Shown in pieces: positions 23,523 through 37,205 of a DNA stretch of 64,000 bases (positions are counted from its first letter, which is position 1; each line of letters begins with the position of its first letter). The translations under genes and the position numbers were made by a program. This DNA is from Lingula anatina. Its lineage: Eukaryota; Animalia; Brachiopoda. A model generated the notes under the pieces. It made no database searches. It saw only the letters and a list, made by a program, of their open reading frames with translations, and was not told the DNA's origin. Where the stretch lies: assembly GCA_051362555.1 (NCBI GenBank), contig CM120645.1, forward strand, positions 10,292,001 to 10,356,000, read 5' to 3'.

Positions 23523-26356
23523 CATTCGAGGAACACTTCTAACAGGTTGATTGGTCATAGTAAATTATAAGACTGTTACACAGCAAATCTATTATTTATA
23601 TTGCAGTTGGGTTTCAATCTATCGGATCAATAAAGATGCATATTAAAAGATTAAGAAGGGTCATATTGTTGATGGCCAAACAATGTTCAAGTCTATGACA
23701 AGAAAAGCTTGAGGTACAATATGTTTGTTATCGCATTATTTCAAACATTTTTGACCTCTCGCGTTGAAGGGTTGAAATATAATTGATATCAGCCGTCAGA
23801 GAGAGCAGGAATGTGACCTTTCCGGTGACATCAGGAGGCCAAATACAATATTTATAATGTAAACAATTTTAAGGCCACGCTGACGAAAGTGCACAGTTGA
23901 CCTGTCAAGTGTCGATAAAAAAGATTCAGATATCAGAAGAGCTTTTTTTATAGCTGCTCAAATCTATCTTAATGTTCAATGTATGGACTATGAGCGTTAC
24001 GCATTTTGCTTTTGATGTATGTTTTGTGACTTTGTACATGTGTTGGATTATTTTTAAAATCAAAGCAGCTTAATGTTGCCAAAAAGAAATAACATCTGTT
24101 AGTTTATCGATAAAGTCAAAACACGGAAACTCTGAGTTCGTATTCCTAAAAGCAGGAGATTTTAATTAAATGACAAATATCATGTGACATAAATTGAAAT
24201 TCCAATTATACAAACACATACAAAGACGGGAAGGGCTTGAGTTAACAGGCGACTTTGTTACTCAGGCAATAGCGCATTAATCTTCAAGGTTATAAAAATA
24301 CAACATCTCAATATCTTTTTAAGGTACATGTAATTTGCTTAAGATAAAGATAAACAGCCCTAAGTCAATCGTACTTTTTTCGTAGTGTGACCGACAGAAA
24401 TTGAGCACAGGAGTTCATGCTACTTTGCATTATTGTTATTGAACCGATCCCCCCCCTCTCTACCTCGTTATCATGAAGCACTATATCACAGTCACTTAAT
24501 TTATTAAATAACCCTTAATTATGGGATCACGAATGAAAAATTAATGGACCGATACTGATATAGAGAACAGCTTATTCGAACCCGAACCTCATGATCTGGA
24601 AAACGCGTTTTAAAGAAAGACAAACTACTGACTCCTTAACAAAAATAAACAATATTTATTTCACATTGTTATTTTGATATGCATTTGTAAATGATAAAAA
24701 AGAGACTGTTAGACAGTACTATCTTTTGTCATGAAAATTAAAATATTAACTCAACGCAATCAAAGAGATCTTTATCGAGCCGCCAATTAACTGAAAGTAC
24801 AAACATAACTATTAATAATAAATTTTAATTCTTCGTAAAACGATTTAACTCAATGAATTCGATCACACATTCCATACAATTCGACAAAATCAAACTAGTT
24901 GTGGTCAGTTTAATGAACATCATCAGGCTCCACTCCAGCAGCAGACCACCTCAGTACTCTAACTTTCCATTCGGGAGACCCTGGACTGGGGTGGTCTAAT
25001 TTTTAATACCTAATAACTTCGATTAAACTGCTACATTATTACTTTAACTTAAAGCCATTGTGATTTTATTTTCAACACTGCCCACTGTGATGTAGAGAAA
25101 CAGAACCTTGTATGATCACTTTAATTTCAACATTTAATGAAGTTTAAAAGGAAAAAGAAACAATATTCATACACACATTTCGTGCCTTAAGTATTCCTTA
25201 CATACACGTAGTATTTCACCGGGATTTGTAATGAATCCATTGCCTTTTTTTAAAGGCATGAATTTTCACATGAAACATATAATATTATAGATAAATTTGT
25301 ATTGCTGCAGTACCGGTACCATACTAGCGCCCACGTGACATGACATAAGGTTGTACAGCTTTGTTTGCAATTCTAGGCATCATTGCTGAAAAATGCACAG
25401 ACAATCGTGTGATAAGAAAGACGAATATTTGAGTTGTTCTTCGGTACATTTCCTCCCTGGGATAAAGGAAAAAGATTTGTTTCACCAACGTCTCGACATT
25501 AACTACATTCTTGCCGTACGTAAATTGACAAGATCTGAAATGTCGTAAAGTCCTACCGTTCAAAACCACAGTTCTTTTTTACCTAGTTTCGATGGTCAGA
25601 GGGTTGTTTTCTTTACATTGACATTGGCCGGAGACCGCCAACCTTCTACATGGTCATGTATTATCTGTCGTTTAAGAGGTAGGATTAATATAAACAATCT
25701 ATTGATGAGCTTGGAACAACAATGAGAACAATAAAGACGAGGTACCTGTGTATTACTTTGTACGACTACGACGGCCTTTAACGGAGGTGCATATGTATTA
25801 TCACTGCATTGTATCGTTTCCCACTCAAACGAATTGGCCCCAGAGTCGCAGCCAATCGTTTGATCGTTCAGCTTAGTTACATCATTAACATCCAAATACA
25901 GTGCTTAGTTTTCAAATAAATACTTAATTAACGTGTACCAACTAATAACGATTTTACTCTGTTTTACTTTGTGTGGATTTTTTTTTGTAAGGGGCAGACC
26001 ATGACACTTGCACGTATATCATATTTACATAGATGCACTATTACTCATTGGGACGTTACGGCGATTTCTTAATGAGTGCATATTTAGAAGCACTAAGTAC
26101 CCCCTTTCCCTGTATGCACCTACAGAACATGTGCACAGTTTTGTGGCATTGGTCCATAACATCTTAAAATACCAACTTAACTACTTACATGACAAAATAA
26201 GCCTTACTGGCACGGTAAAATGAAATGGAAATGTCCAATTCTGAGACCACTGTCGGAAGATATATTGCGTCATTTGCCTGTTTTAACTTCCAGTCGCCAA
26301 ATCCACAAGCTGGTTGCTCAGTGGGAACTCATACAATTACATTCCCAACTGCTTGA

Positions 26357-29300
26357 TCAGGGAACGTCCATGTCAGTCTCATTTAACCGCTTTAGAAGCA
26401 TACCCGTGGGTCTTCTACGGCCGTTATTCCCATTTAACCAGTTCAGTGTGATATTACGGTACAAAGCGTCTGTAAAATTGGTCAGTATTAAGCGACCAAC
26501 ATTCTCGACACGGAATCTGTGCATGCTACCATTCACTCCGGCCTGTTTGAGGATGTGCTTCGGTTTGTTAAAACCAATCCCATCTAGCCACTCTCTCGTT
26601 TTGTTTAGCAAGATTTCGCTTTCCTGCGGCCGTCGTGTGGTATTGTCCCCTACTTTGACTCGCACTTTCCCGGGTAACGTCGTCACTTCGAGGCTCACTT
26701 GGACTTCCGTTTGCGCACTGCTTTCCTCGCTGATTTGCCAGATGGCTATAAAGACAACGGCAGCTATGAGTGTAGAGCTGATCACGCCTGCTATAAGAAA
26801 AATCAAAGCTTTGGTGCTGCCTTCGTTAGCCTGCTGGTAGTAGGTCCTGTTGAAGTTACGGATGCTGAGGAGTGAAAACGCCACCGTCGGGACGCCAAGC
26901 AGAGGATTGAACAGCGTCAATACGAGGGCAGGAATGAGGTAATTTGGTGGAGGCCTGCAATAGAAGAAATCATAATTTATTTGCGTTATTGGGCAATGTG
27001 TTGGGGCTTTTTAATGAGCAAGTTAATGTTTGGGCCAAGTTTAACTCAAGGAACAATGTGTATCTTTATTTCGAAGCCGCGTATTTTTTTCTGTATTTTA
27101 TTCGCAGGAGGGTTTAACATGTCCATGGCATGTCCGTAACATAGATTTTGCAACGGGTGTCATTCAGTAATTTTTACGAAATGCAACCCTGTGAGTTATC
27201 ATATAAAGTAATGTAAATGAAGATTTTCAACTGATGTTGTATACATGTATCTCCGTACTCGACACACTGAATCAATGAATACAGGGGGGTACTCGAATCA
27301 CTAAAGTTAATTCCCAAACAACTACAACTACAAGGAATATCAAAGCCTTGAATTGGTAAACAGACTTTGCACCAGACAACCAGAGTACGTGATTGGAGCA
27401 CGTTTCAGAACTCGACTCTTGTGTTTAGTTTGTGACGTTCCTATCTGGTGAAAGACAAGGCGCAGACACAACATGGCCCCGTTACAAAGTATAGGAGGTG
27501 ATATCATAATTTCTCCCATTCGATTCACGTGTTGCTGTGTCTGAGATTATATACATGTATGTCTCCCTTGTTGTTTGTGTGTCACCGAAATCTACGTGAA
27601 AACACACTTACTGTAGTATACACATAGACATTGTTTTGCTTTCCCAGATAAGTTAACTACCCTACTTTAAGGTTATGCAGTTTCGCTTCAACTGATACAC
27701 GATAAAAGAGTGTTGAAATATGAGGGCTTTTTTTAAATGCCAGATTACACGTGCTTGCTGAATGATTATTTTAATTTTGATAACATAACTTATCAGTAGA
27801 CTGGAGACAGCAAGCAATTTAAAGGTTACGGTAAAAAGTTTCAAAACAAATCCCGATATCAACATGAAGCCGAGCTTTTTGTATCTGTTTGTTGCTTTGA
27901 GACCTAAACACACACTCACTCACGTACGCACGCAGATGTTACAGAGACGTCAGGGTAGCTTCCTACAAAAAAGGAGAAACTGCCTATATCTATTTGAAAC
28001 ATGGTTGTGCGCAAAATCCTTGTTAAAATAATTCTAAAAATTGCGGCAGGGTGTGGAAAAAAAATGTTATTCAATCCCTTTGTTCACGACATACGAAATA
28101 TGACATGAATTATGTTGTGGTTCGCCTGCATAATCTAATAAGACTGGCAGCCGAAGAAGTGAGGGAGATTGAGGGGATAAATAATCAAACGACACAAGTG
28201 ATTTCGTAGCCGCATAAGCGTTGTTAAGTACGCCACACTAAGTACAGTGTACATGGTGGAGGAACGCCATCGCCAAATATCATAATTTAAGGGTCTTACA
28301 CAACGTCTTTGGGCGTATTTACGTCTAATAAAAAAGTAAAAATATAATAATAGAGACATTCGTTTACACTGAGATAATCCGGTGACTGAGAAAGCCTTGA
28401 AACCGAAAATGACGCTTTGTCTAAAAAACACTGCTAGTTCGCGTACGTCATTCGGGAGTTCGTGTAACAGGTAAAAGAGCAATCACGAGCACTGTGCAAA
28501 TTTACGTAAATGTGGCTTTATGATTACCTGTAACTTCTAAAATCATTTGTAATCCTCCAGTATTTGTAGTCAATACTACAAGTACAATGTACTGGCAATT
28601 GCCAAAACACTCAATGGAAGGGATGACAAACGATTAAACATCTAAATTATTAGTCGCCAGAAAAACAGAGTCACTCCTGGAGATGGATTTTGAACTGACA
28701 AAACGGAATTAAAAACAAGTTCTATAAAACTTATGCTGAAAGTGTGTTGAAGTAATCAAAAAGATGGGATTTTCTAAAGGCAACAACGAAAAAATGATAC
28801 AAGTGCAAATTTCGTTGTAATAAATGTATGTACTTCGTACTTAATGATAAGAGTCGTAGGTACAAGCGCCTGTAAGATTTTAAAAATTTTAGTTGTAATT
28901 GACAGAGGCCAAAATCAAAGGGCAGACAAACAGACAGACGGACGGACGGGAAGAGAAAGAAAATACACAGAAAGAGAAAGGATAAGAAATTAATGGAACG
29001 TAATGTGGACCACAATGCAATTACTAGACAGCTAAAAAATTCCGTTGATATTTGACATAAGCTGGATGGGTCGAGTTTGGAAGTATGGTAATTACGCGTA
29101 CTGTTGATCCTTGTCATAAAAGCTGACAAGGGCAACTAAACAGACACTTGGATGAATACCAAACATTAGAAAGGTCGACCCGGTGTCATTCTACCCTACA
29201 TCTGTGTGTTTTATCAGCTTTGTGCTTGTGAGAGTGATTTACCTCACACTGGAACACACGCACACACACACACACACACACGTGTACATGCACACACGCA

Positions 29301-29878
29301 CACAAACAAACACACACACACCCAAGTTTTGAGAAAGAGAGAGAGGGAGAGTGCGAGTATACTTTCAGAGAAGGAACACCTGCCGTTTTAATTTCATCAA
29401 AATAGCCGCAAAAAGACCATTATCGTGTTATTTATTATTTCTAAAATGTAATCAGGAACTGAGGAGAAAGCTTTTCTTTACTATACGAGGCTTTTCTTCA
29501 CTGTACGAGGCTACAAACCACCGTCGTATATGTCTTCTTAGACGGGATTTGGAAAATAACTAGGTGCGATTACGCCGAGGACAATGAACCTGATTAGCGG
29601 AGTCTGAAGCTGACTGATTCCTTGATTACTTCGAAAAAACATATAACACCTGCTCACGATACAGAAATGATATGAAATCGCTGACGGTTACTATAATTTC
29701 AGCAATTCCATTTCTAAAAGATATTCGATCGCGTCCACTACGCGTAATAAATTGCTTTCTATATTTAGCTGTAAGTGAATTATTTGACATTTTCCAGTCG
29801 AGTTATCTTAGCGTCATTGGAATTGTTTTACATGCCCCTGATAAATGGGTAAATGGCGGATACAGAATATATCTCCCA

Positions 29879-29923
<45 letters not shown>

Positions 29924-30068
29924 GAAGAGATGAGATTTGGAAAAAGAGATAGACAAGAAACATTTCAAGTGAGGAATTACGAGAGAAAGTGAGGGAGAGA
30001 GATGAAAAGAGAGAGAGGAAAAGAGAAGGGTTAAATTCTAAGAGAAAGAAAGGAGGGTTGGGGTTGAA

Positions 30069-30111
<43 letters not shown>

Positions 30112-30399
30112 CACTCACTTTGGGGGTGGTAGTCGATACCTATATGTACACCTGGTAGTACCCAGAGCAGTGTTTCCGTACGGCATCGCATTGCCCCGGT
30201 CTTTGGTCTCGAAACATGTTCTCTCATCAGCCGGATCTTCATCCTCATCATCATCTTCGGCGATTATGTGGATGCTTCCGTCTGTGAGCTGGTCCAGCGT
30301 CTTGCAGTCTCTCGAAGAGCCAGCGGCGTCAGCCTTGGGTGCAGCGGAGGGCTGCGGTGGCGGCAGAGATAACGCGCTCGCAGGTCCATTACAGTCCAT
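26357..30399 (-). CDS. CD225/dispanin (IFITM/PRRT/SynDIG-like) family membrane protein, 292 aa (exons 30399-30119, 26954-26357)
   Basis: ACCATGG start with upstream in-frame TAG. Donor AA|gtgagt and acceptor ttgcag|G are both phase 2. PPPNYLIPALVLTLFNPLLGVPTVAFSLLSIRNFNRTYYQQANEGSTKALIFLIAGVISS follows the CD225 pattern (P.NYL..A...TL...PLG..A...S......Y..A...S.KA). Pro/acidic N-terminal region. Confidence 0.8.
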
Positions 30400-31493
30400 G
30401 GTCCAGAATAGGCAGAGCAAGCGCTATATGGGGCATTCGCTGTCATGTCTAATGAGAGCTCCCACTGAACCAATAGGCTTATATGATACTTCACAATTCT
30501 CTCTTATGAAAACAATGAACCTTGCAGCTGAAACACAGAAAAAAAAAACTTCCTTAGTGGTGGATTATTTTAAAACATTTCCGACGTGCAAGAGTTGCAG
30601 ATCAACGGGGTTAGATAAAGTGACACATTTTCAAAATAAGCCGTTTGTTTGACATTTGTAATGGTGAAGGAACTTTGTGTACTCTACCACTTCCAAGAGT
30701 CAAATGACTGATGATTCGAAGTTGAAAAGAACAAAAAAGTTGTGGCTTTCAATTGTGTATTTGCAGTTCTTTCATACAAGTGCATTTATTACGAGTAATT
30801 GTTTTATAAACAACGTTCATATTTTGTGCAATTAACAAAATATACAACCCATGTTCATGACGAAGGTCGTCTTGTGACACAATTCAAAGTGCGATACAAA
30901 CCGTGATAACCATATAATATTTCCAAAAGTCTAATAAATATTGTTTGATTTTATCAACAGAATTTTGTTTTCGCACGCACCTTCATTAAAATGTGATTGC
31001 TCTTTGAGTCAGTCAAAATGGCGACAATTCTCGTTCAATGGACACATAAGACTACGAAAAACACAGGCTTCGTGACAACTAATTTACCACAACTTACATA
31101 ACTACTTTTTTGTATCCTAAATCAGCTGACACAGCTGAGCTGTATAAACTTACAGATAACACGAAAAAACATCAAAATAGACCACACACTGGTGACAATT
31201 ATGTCCTTGGTTGCCAGTTTTGTTACCACGCGCTTAGTCAGGAAGCGAATGACGCATTTTCTTTACTAGTTTGTCAAGACTTAGATATCGGTTGTGGATA
31301 TACCATAACCTGTAGAGATGATCTCTAAACTGTATCTTACTCTTAACATTATCACTTAACTCCCAAAATCGCAAAACCCCTCACACTCTTACCCTCCTTT
31401 CCCGTCCAGGCCTCCCTCAAAACCAATACTCAACTGATAAGGCAACTGGTTGCCCTAAATATCACGTCGTTGCACAAACACCCCTTCCCGTTA

Positions 31494-31968
31494 TGCCCCT
31501 ATTTCACACAGACCACGAATCGCCAGGAATTGAAAATTTCAGGATTCGTGGTTGAATCGTAATCAGTTCGTGAAGTTCTTAACAGATTCGTATATAATCG
31601 TAGTCAGTTCTTGCAATTCTTGATCAATCGTTCGAAATTTTGGCCACGAACTCCCGATTCCAAAAAATCGTAGTGAATTTCTGGACAATATTCGTGCGAT
31701 TCCAGCCGAATCCTACGAATATTCGTAACACTATCGAACCTGTATTGTAACTGAATCGTAGAGCGTGTCGAATTAAAGCAGAAAATTGGCAAAATCTCAC
31801 GAATCCAGCCGAATCCCACGAATATTCGTAACACTATCGCACCTGTATCGTAACTGAATCGTAGAGCGTGTCGAATTAGAGCAGAAAATTGGCAAAATCT
31901 CACGAATCCTCACGAATCCTGAAATTTGTCAATTCCTGGCGATTCGTGGTCTGTGTGAAATAGGGGCA
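31494..31968. mobile_element. PIF/Harbinger-type (Tourist-like) MITE
   Basis: ~55-bp TIRs TGCCCCTATTTCACACAGACCACGAATCGCCAGGAATTG.., exact TTA target duplication (31491-93 / 31969-71), internal ~103-bp tandem duplication at ~31700-31907. Confidence 0.92.
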
Positions 31969-33182
31969 TTAGTTAGAAGCAGTCACCATTCCACGTGGCC
32001 TTATACAGGTGCAGTGCCGTGTGTATTATTTAAGGTTAAAGAGGCGAGCGTTTTTGTTAACATAAAGCACGTTTTATATCTTGACACTACAGTAGTAGGT
32101 GTTTTGTGCAGCATAATATATTTAATGTTTGGAACGATTGTAAGACTTAAAACAGGGTTATTCTCCTCCTTAAAAAGAAGTCTACATTAAATACAAAACC
32201 TAGTGAAAAGGAAAATATGGCGATTAATGGAAACAAATTTGATCAAACAGATCGTGTATTCAATACGGATTTGTTAGCTTAAACTTTTAAGTTTAAGCTA
32301 ATTTTAAAAAATTGAAATGTTCTATATAATCTTCGAGGCAGGGAATTAGGAAATATATACAAGTATTGTGTGGAAAACGACAGGAAAACTGGTTTTAGTG
32401 GCGTAATTAAGATCTAGAAAACAGCAATCCTCTTCACTAGAATTGTAATCGAACTCGTCCATATGTAAGGCGATGGCTTTTGATGCTTTATCATTTGTTT
32501 TTTGTTGTGTAAAAATCAAGAAAAAATATTTGGGGCAGTGTACTAATTGTCAAGATATTTAGCGAATATTTATTGACTATTTTTAATCATATAATGTTTC
32601 ACGTAGAACAGGAAACAAATGCTCTTAAATGCCGCATTAAATTATGAAAACTTGTTTACACTATGGCACTCCCTTTTGTAACACTGCGTGTGGCTCCTCT
32701 ATTTTCATAAACATTTCGTTCTTTAAAATAACCCAAGCATTTCTTATTGCCATTAAAAAGTTACGTAACGCCTCAGATGATTCAGACAAATAGAAAATAC
32801 ATAAGGCCTGCTGCCAATGAATTGTTGCATTTAGTTATACAATCTTATTATTATTTTTTTTTGCGCACGTGTTTGACATTTTCCGGTTCTCGAAGAAAAT
32901 AAAAACAACTCCAGCTGATTAAAAATATAATTGGAAACGTTGTATCATTTCTAAAAAATCAAATGAGACGGTTCTGTTTATCAGTCAAAAAAAGTTCCTT
33001 GTCCAAACAGACGCCCCTGGTTACATAAAACGCCTCCCCAACACCCTTTTAAAACGTAATAAGAAACCACGTGTAGAGCCGCATTGTGCAACCGCAACGC
33101 TTTTTGCAACCTTTTTTTTTCTAAGTCACGGAAACGGTTTTAAATACCTGAATGCTATAGTGATACATATGGTTACATGAAT

Positions 33183-33326
33183 GGAAGACCTCTTAATCCT
33201 GTAATGGTCTCTCCACCTCTCACACGCCTCCCCACGCGACGTCCCTGCAGAGGCACATTGATTCAATCTCGGCTCCATTTGACCGGACACCTGGGGTCTT
33301 CCTTTCATGTAGGGTGCGCCATATTT
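33183..33326. mobile_element. Internally deleted relic of the foldback MITE at 59721-60029
   Basis: TAATGGTCTCTCCACCT..CCCCACGCG.CGTCCCT and TTCCTTTC.TGTAGG..CGCCATA are shared with the complete copy. Confidence 0.7.
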
Positions 33327-36300
33327 GATCCTTGGATCAGTTGATTCTCGGATCTTCTATTCTGAATGGCCTCAGAAACGTTGCCATAGACCCTCTTGAA
33401 TTTTAGTGAGAGGGGGAGGGGATTTGTTTCCGGGTTGGATGGTTTCACTTTTAACTTGTAATTTTATTAACCCCAAAAATTAAGATTTAATCTCTTCACT
33501 GGTTTAAGACGAAATAACGGAAATTACTTTTAAAAAAACTCGTCCTTTAATGCCACTACCAGGTAGTTGCATTAAATTTTCCAAAGACCCTTACACTTCC
33601 CTGGTTTATCGATCCCCAATGTTTCGAGCCCTATCCTAATCGGCTAACGGCGTCAATAGCCTTGTAGAGACGCATTTTGTTCTGTTAAATTATGAGTTGG
33701 AGATATTATCCGTTCTGCCAGTGAAAACTTACAGGTGCTGTACGTCTTTCATATTGCAAAAGTGATATGTTGGCTAACTTCGATAACACCAAGCCAAAAA
33801 CACTTACGTAGAGTAGCCGGTGGAACAGTTGCCAACAAATAAGCAAGATAGGGTAACTAAACTCCCGAGTATATTCCTGCTAACAGTAGCTCTTCAAGAG
33901 GATTGATTTCCCAAGACAGAGTAACGTTGAGTAATTTGAAAATCTTGTTTTTTTCGTCTCTTTTACACACAGTACATTAGAAATAATATGTAACTACTTA
34001 CATTTGCGCCCCAACCACACTAAAATGGGGGCATAAGAGAACGAGTTAGGAATTTCATAATACATCCCAATGTAGATCAATGTAGCCAACGTACTTCCGC
34101 CTTGAAAGTTCCACCCCCCTTGTTTTCACTACAGTTTATTAACAGCCAGTCAATATACAATGTACGTGTCAACGCGATAAATTTATCCCCTTTTCATGCG
34201 TTCAGAATATCTGCCTACAGGTACGGATGCTTAAGCATATCATTTATAGAAAGAGTGCATTAATTGTCTGCAGCCGTATGTTAACGTCCAAATACAGAGG
34301 AGACACATCAACATTCATTGTTATTTGGTTAAATTGTTTTTTTAAAAACAGCACAAAAGTCGGCAAAAAAGCCCATCGTTTCTGAAGAGACACTAAAAGT
34401 TGCTGTTTCATGCTTCCAAGACATTGGTGTTTTAACCCATCATCAAAATGATTAATTTCATTGCCATCATGGAATAAGAGACAATAAAAGACAAATTTCA
34501 CCTAACGCAAAATATGCTGTGAAATATTTAATCGATTTTTAAAAATTATCCATTAAAAAAAACTTGTTTGAAGATCAAGGTCAGTGTGTCTTATAAATGC
34601 GCTGATATCCAGAAAAATCTCCGCGTTCTTAAAAAAAAAAAAACGCTGTTTGTATCATTAAAACATCTCCCATCTCTAATTTTTTTATTTAAATTCTGTG
34701 ACATTCGCATTTGCACTCGATGGAACTTATCAATTCGGCCCGCTGGCACAAAGCCAGGTCGGGGTTAAAGACACGTGTTCAAGCATTGTTTTAGTTTTAG
34801 TATTTTTTATTTCACTTCCAGTCCTTCTGTATCTTTAAACAAGGTAATTCAGTTGTAGCAACAATTAAGTAGTTTGAGAAACGACACCATATATTGGCTG
34901 TTTGTAATCGTTCAAACCACTTATTATTTATGTTCTAAGCGGTGTATGTAACCATTATAATAAATATGTGGAGATTAAATTCAGGGATCGAGGACAGGGA
35001 ATGTGGGGGCAGGGAACACGGGGGGGGGGGGGGGGGGGGGGGGGGAGCGCCTGCGTAAGGGCGAGACGAACTTCTGCTTATATTACTAATATTCCTGATA
35101 GAAATTGTGCACTACTACATGTAGTAGTTAAGAGGTTAAATGCATAAATAGAAAATATCGAATATTTGATTTTAAATAAGAATGGAAGAGTTTTTAGCAG
35201 GAGTATAATGATCAGTATTAAAAATAAGGTAATCTCGGCCTACGCTACCTTTGGAACATAAAAACAGGATATCAAAATTAAAAACAAAGAGATTACGGAC
35301 GCAAATCCACGTACAGCTGGTGTGCTACAGACCTTTCCGGATTGGACAACAAATCCACTGAACCACGTGACCTATGATACGCGAAAAAAATAATTTGCGC
35401 TCATATGCCATGGGGGGAGGGAGGGGGCATGACGGGGCTCCAAAAACACCTTTCAGTTTTTTTATAGAAAAAGGTTTTCAAAGTGAAGATAGCCGGATTA
35501 ACATAAATGAAAGCAAAATAATTGCAATTAGCATTGGCGAATGCCTCAGTAAGACAAAACAAAACTTTCGCAGCAATACAACGCAGTGAACAACAATTGA
35601 GACCATGGTAAATCCCGCCGACAGCATCAAATCACCCCGTTTATATTATTCTAGTCTCGTTAAATGCATGCCATTTACATGTCTGTTTCATCAACGTGCA
35701 CAATGTGCAATACTACAGTGCTGTATTTAAGAATAATATCTAAAAATCAAAAGGCAGATGTTCCCTTGATAATCTGGTGCTCGAATAGGAAGTAGGTTGC
35801 AGATCAATTACATCTTTTTTCAGAACAAAAGAGGTCGAAGGCACCTGTGTTTCTGCAGAATAGCAACAGCTGCTGAAACTACAGGGGGTAGTTAAAAAAG
35901 AATAATGAGGAAAACACTCGTAATACACTAGGGCACACAACGAATACGAAAAAAAAAAAAACATTTGTTCTTGCTGTGTAGTTTCAAAAACTCTGCGACG
36001 CGCTAAGACGAGAAGAAGGCAATGTGTCATTAATGAAGGTGGCTTCCGTCTCTGATTTGATCGTAGATGCATTTTTGGTAGTAGTGGTTTTATCGTTTTC
36101 CTATTTCAAATTCCAAGGAAAAAAACAGAATCCCTACCGGCAGTGTCACTGACAATGCCACCAAACTAGGGGATAAATTGCAACTTTTACGTTAGGACTC
36201 CCGTCCTTTCTAGGTCTGTCACGTTGCTATCGGTTTTGATAGAATTTAAGTTCCTGGACGTGAAAACTAAGGCCAGGGTCCGTCGAGAAGATAATTGACT

Positions 36301-37023
36301 CACCAATAGATGTTTTGATTTTCTGTGTCTGTTTTCTATCTGTCAACAGCTTTACGCAAAAATTAATTAACGGATTTTGATTTTAATTTATTAATTAATT
36401 AGTTAATTAATTAGTGGTTAATTATGAGTTAATTATTTGTTTTGGCTGAGGCCTGTGACCTCTGGGTGTTCTTGTTAGATACGGGATTTTTCTGTCAGTG
36501 CTAAAAGCGCGTCAAATAATCCAACCAAGATGGCAATTTATGTGACTACATGTACGAATATTTCTCCCTAATCATAAACCTATACTTCCGATCATCGGTA
36601 CTGTACAAACACGTGCTCCACAACGGTCGCCACACCGTGCTTTGAAGTCTTAAAATATAAGCTAGGGCAATCGTATGTGAGATAGAGCAGATTTACCCTG
36701 TCTTTAATGATGCAGGTATTATAAGCGAATGGATTCAGTTAATCAGTCACGAATGTTTTGGCGCATTTTCAGCATTTTTTTGTGATAAAAATGAAACCAT
36801 GGAAGAAAAAAAAAAAAAAACACGCGAACGTGCTCGTCCACATCATGCCGCAATGAATATGAAAGGTTTCGTTCATGTGAAACAAATATTTTGCCAAAGG
36901 TGATATAAAATTGCATTACGAGAAACGGAAATCTCTCATGGATGCTTTAAAACCATTAAAGAACATCTAAGTGACGTACTTTTGATCGCTTATTTTGTAG
37001 CGCATCATTTTTGCAATTGGATG

Positions 37024-37205
37024 AACAACAGTGTACTTAGTGTTCAAATGGTATATTATTTGAGTTGATGAATTTCCATTGAAACTCTCTTCATTTTTAA
37101 CTGATTTCTTTAATAACAACAGTGTACATAGTGTTCAAATGGTATATTATTTGAGTTGATGAATTTCCATTGAAACTCTCTTCATTTTTAACTGATTTCT
37201 TTAAT
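37024..37205. repeat. ~91-bp tandem duplication
   Basis: AACAACAGTGTAC(T/A)TAGTGTTCAAATGG...CTGATTTCTTTAAT occurs twice. Confidence 0.9.

Larger units (their letters stand above)
6611..25532. repeat. Tandem triplication: unit 1 6611-13113, unit 2 13114-19226, unit 3 19227-25532
   Basis: Each unit begins CAAGTGATATTCAAAT and ends CCGTACGTAAATTGA(CAAG). Units are collinear, each with an A gene (-), a B gene (+), an (AAT)n tract and the same downstream spacer. Confidence 0.93.

Noticed and set aside
26220-26840. 206-aa plus-strand ORF
   Set aside because: Antisense shadow of the dispanin exon, with no recognisable features of its own.
30170-30652. 160-aa plus-strand ORF
   Set aside because: Antisense shadow of dispanin exon 1; the poly-Ser is the reverse of the Asp/Glu codons.
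31540-31920. Recurring CGAATC/GATTCG motifs resembling a CRISPR-like array
   Set aside because: These are subterminal and tandem repeats inside a TIR/TSD-bounded MITE; no constant repeat with unique spacers and no cas genes.
35020-35045. Long G homopolymer as a functional G-quadruplex
   Set aside because: Similar G/C runs are scattered through the window, so there is no specific context.
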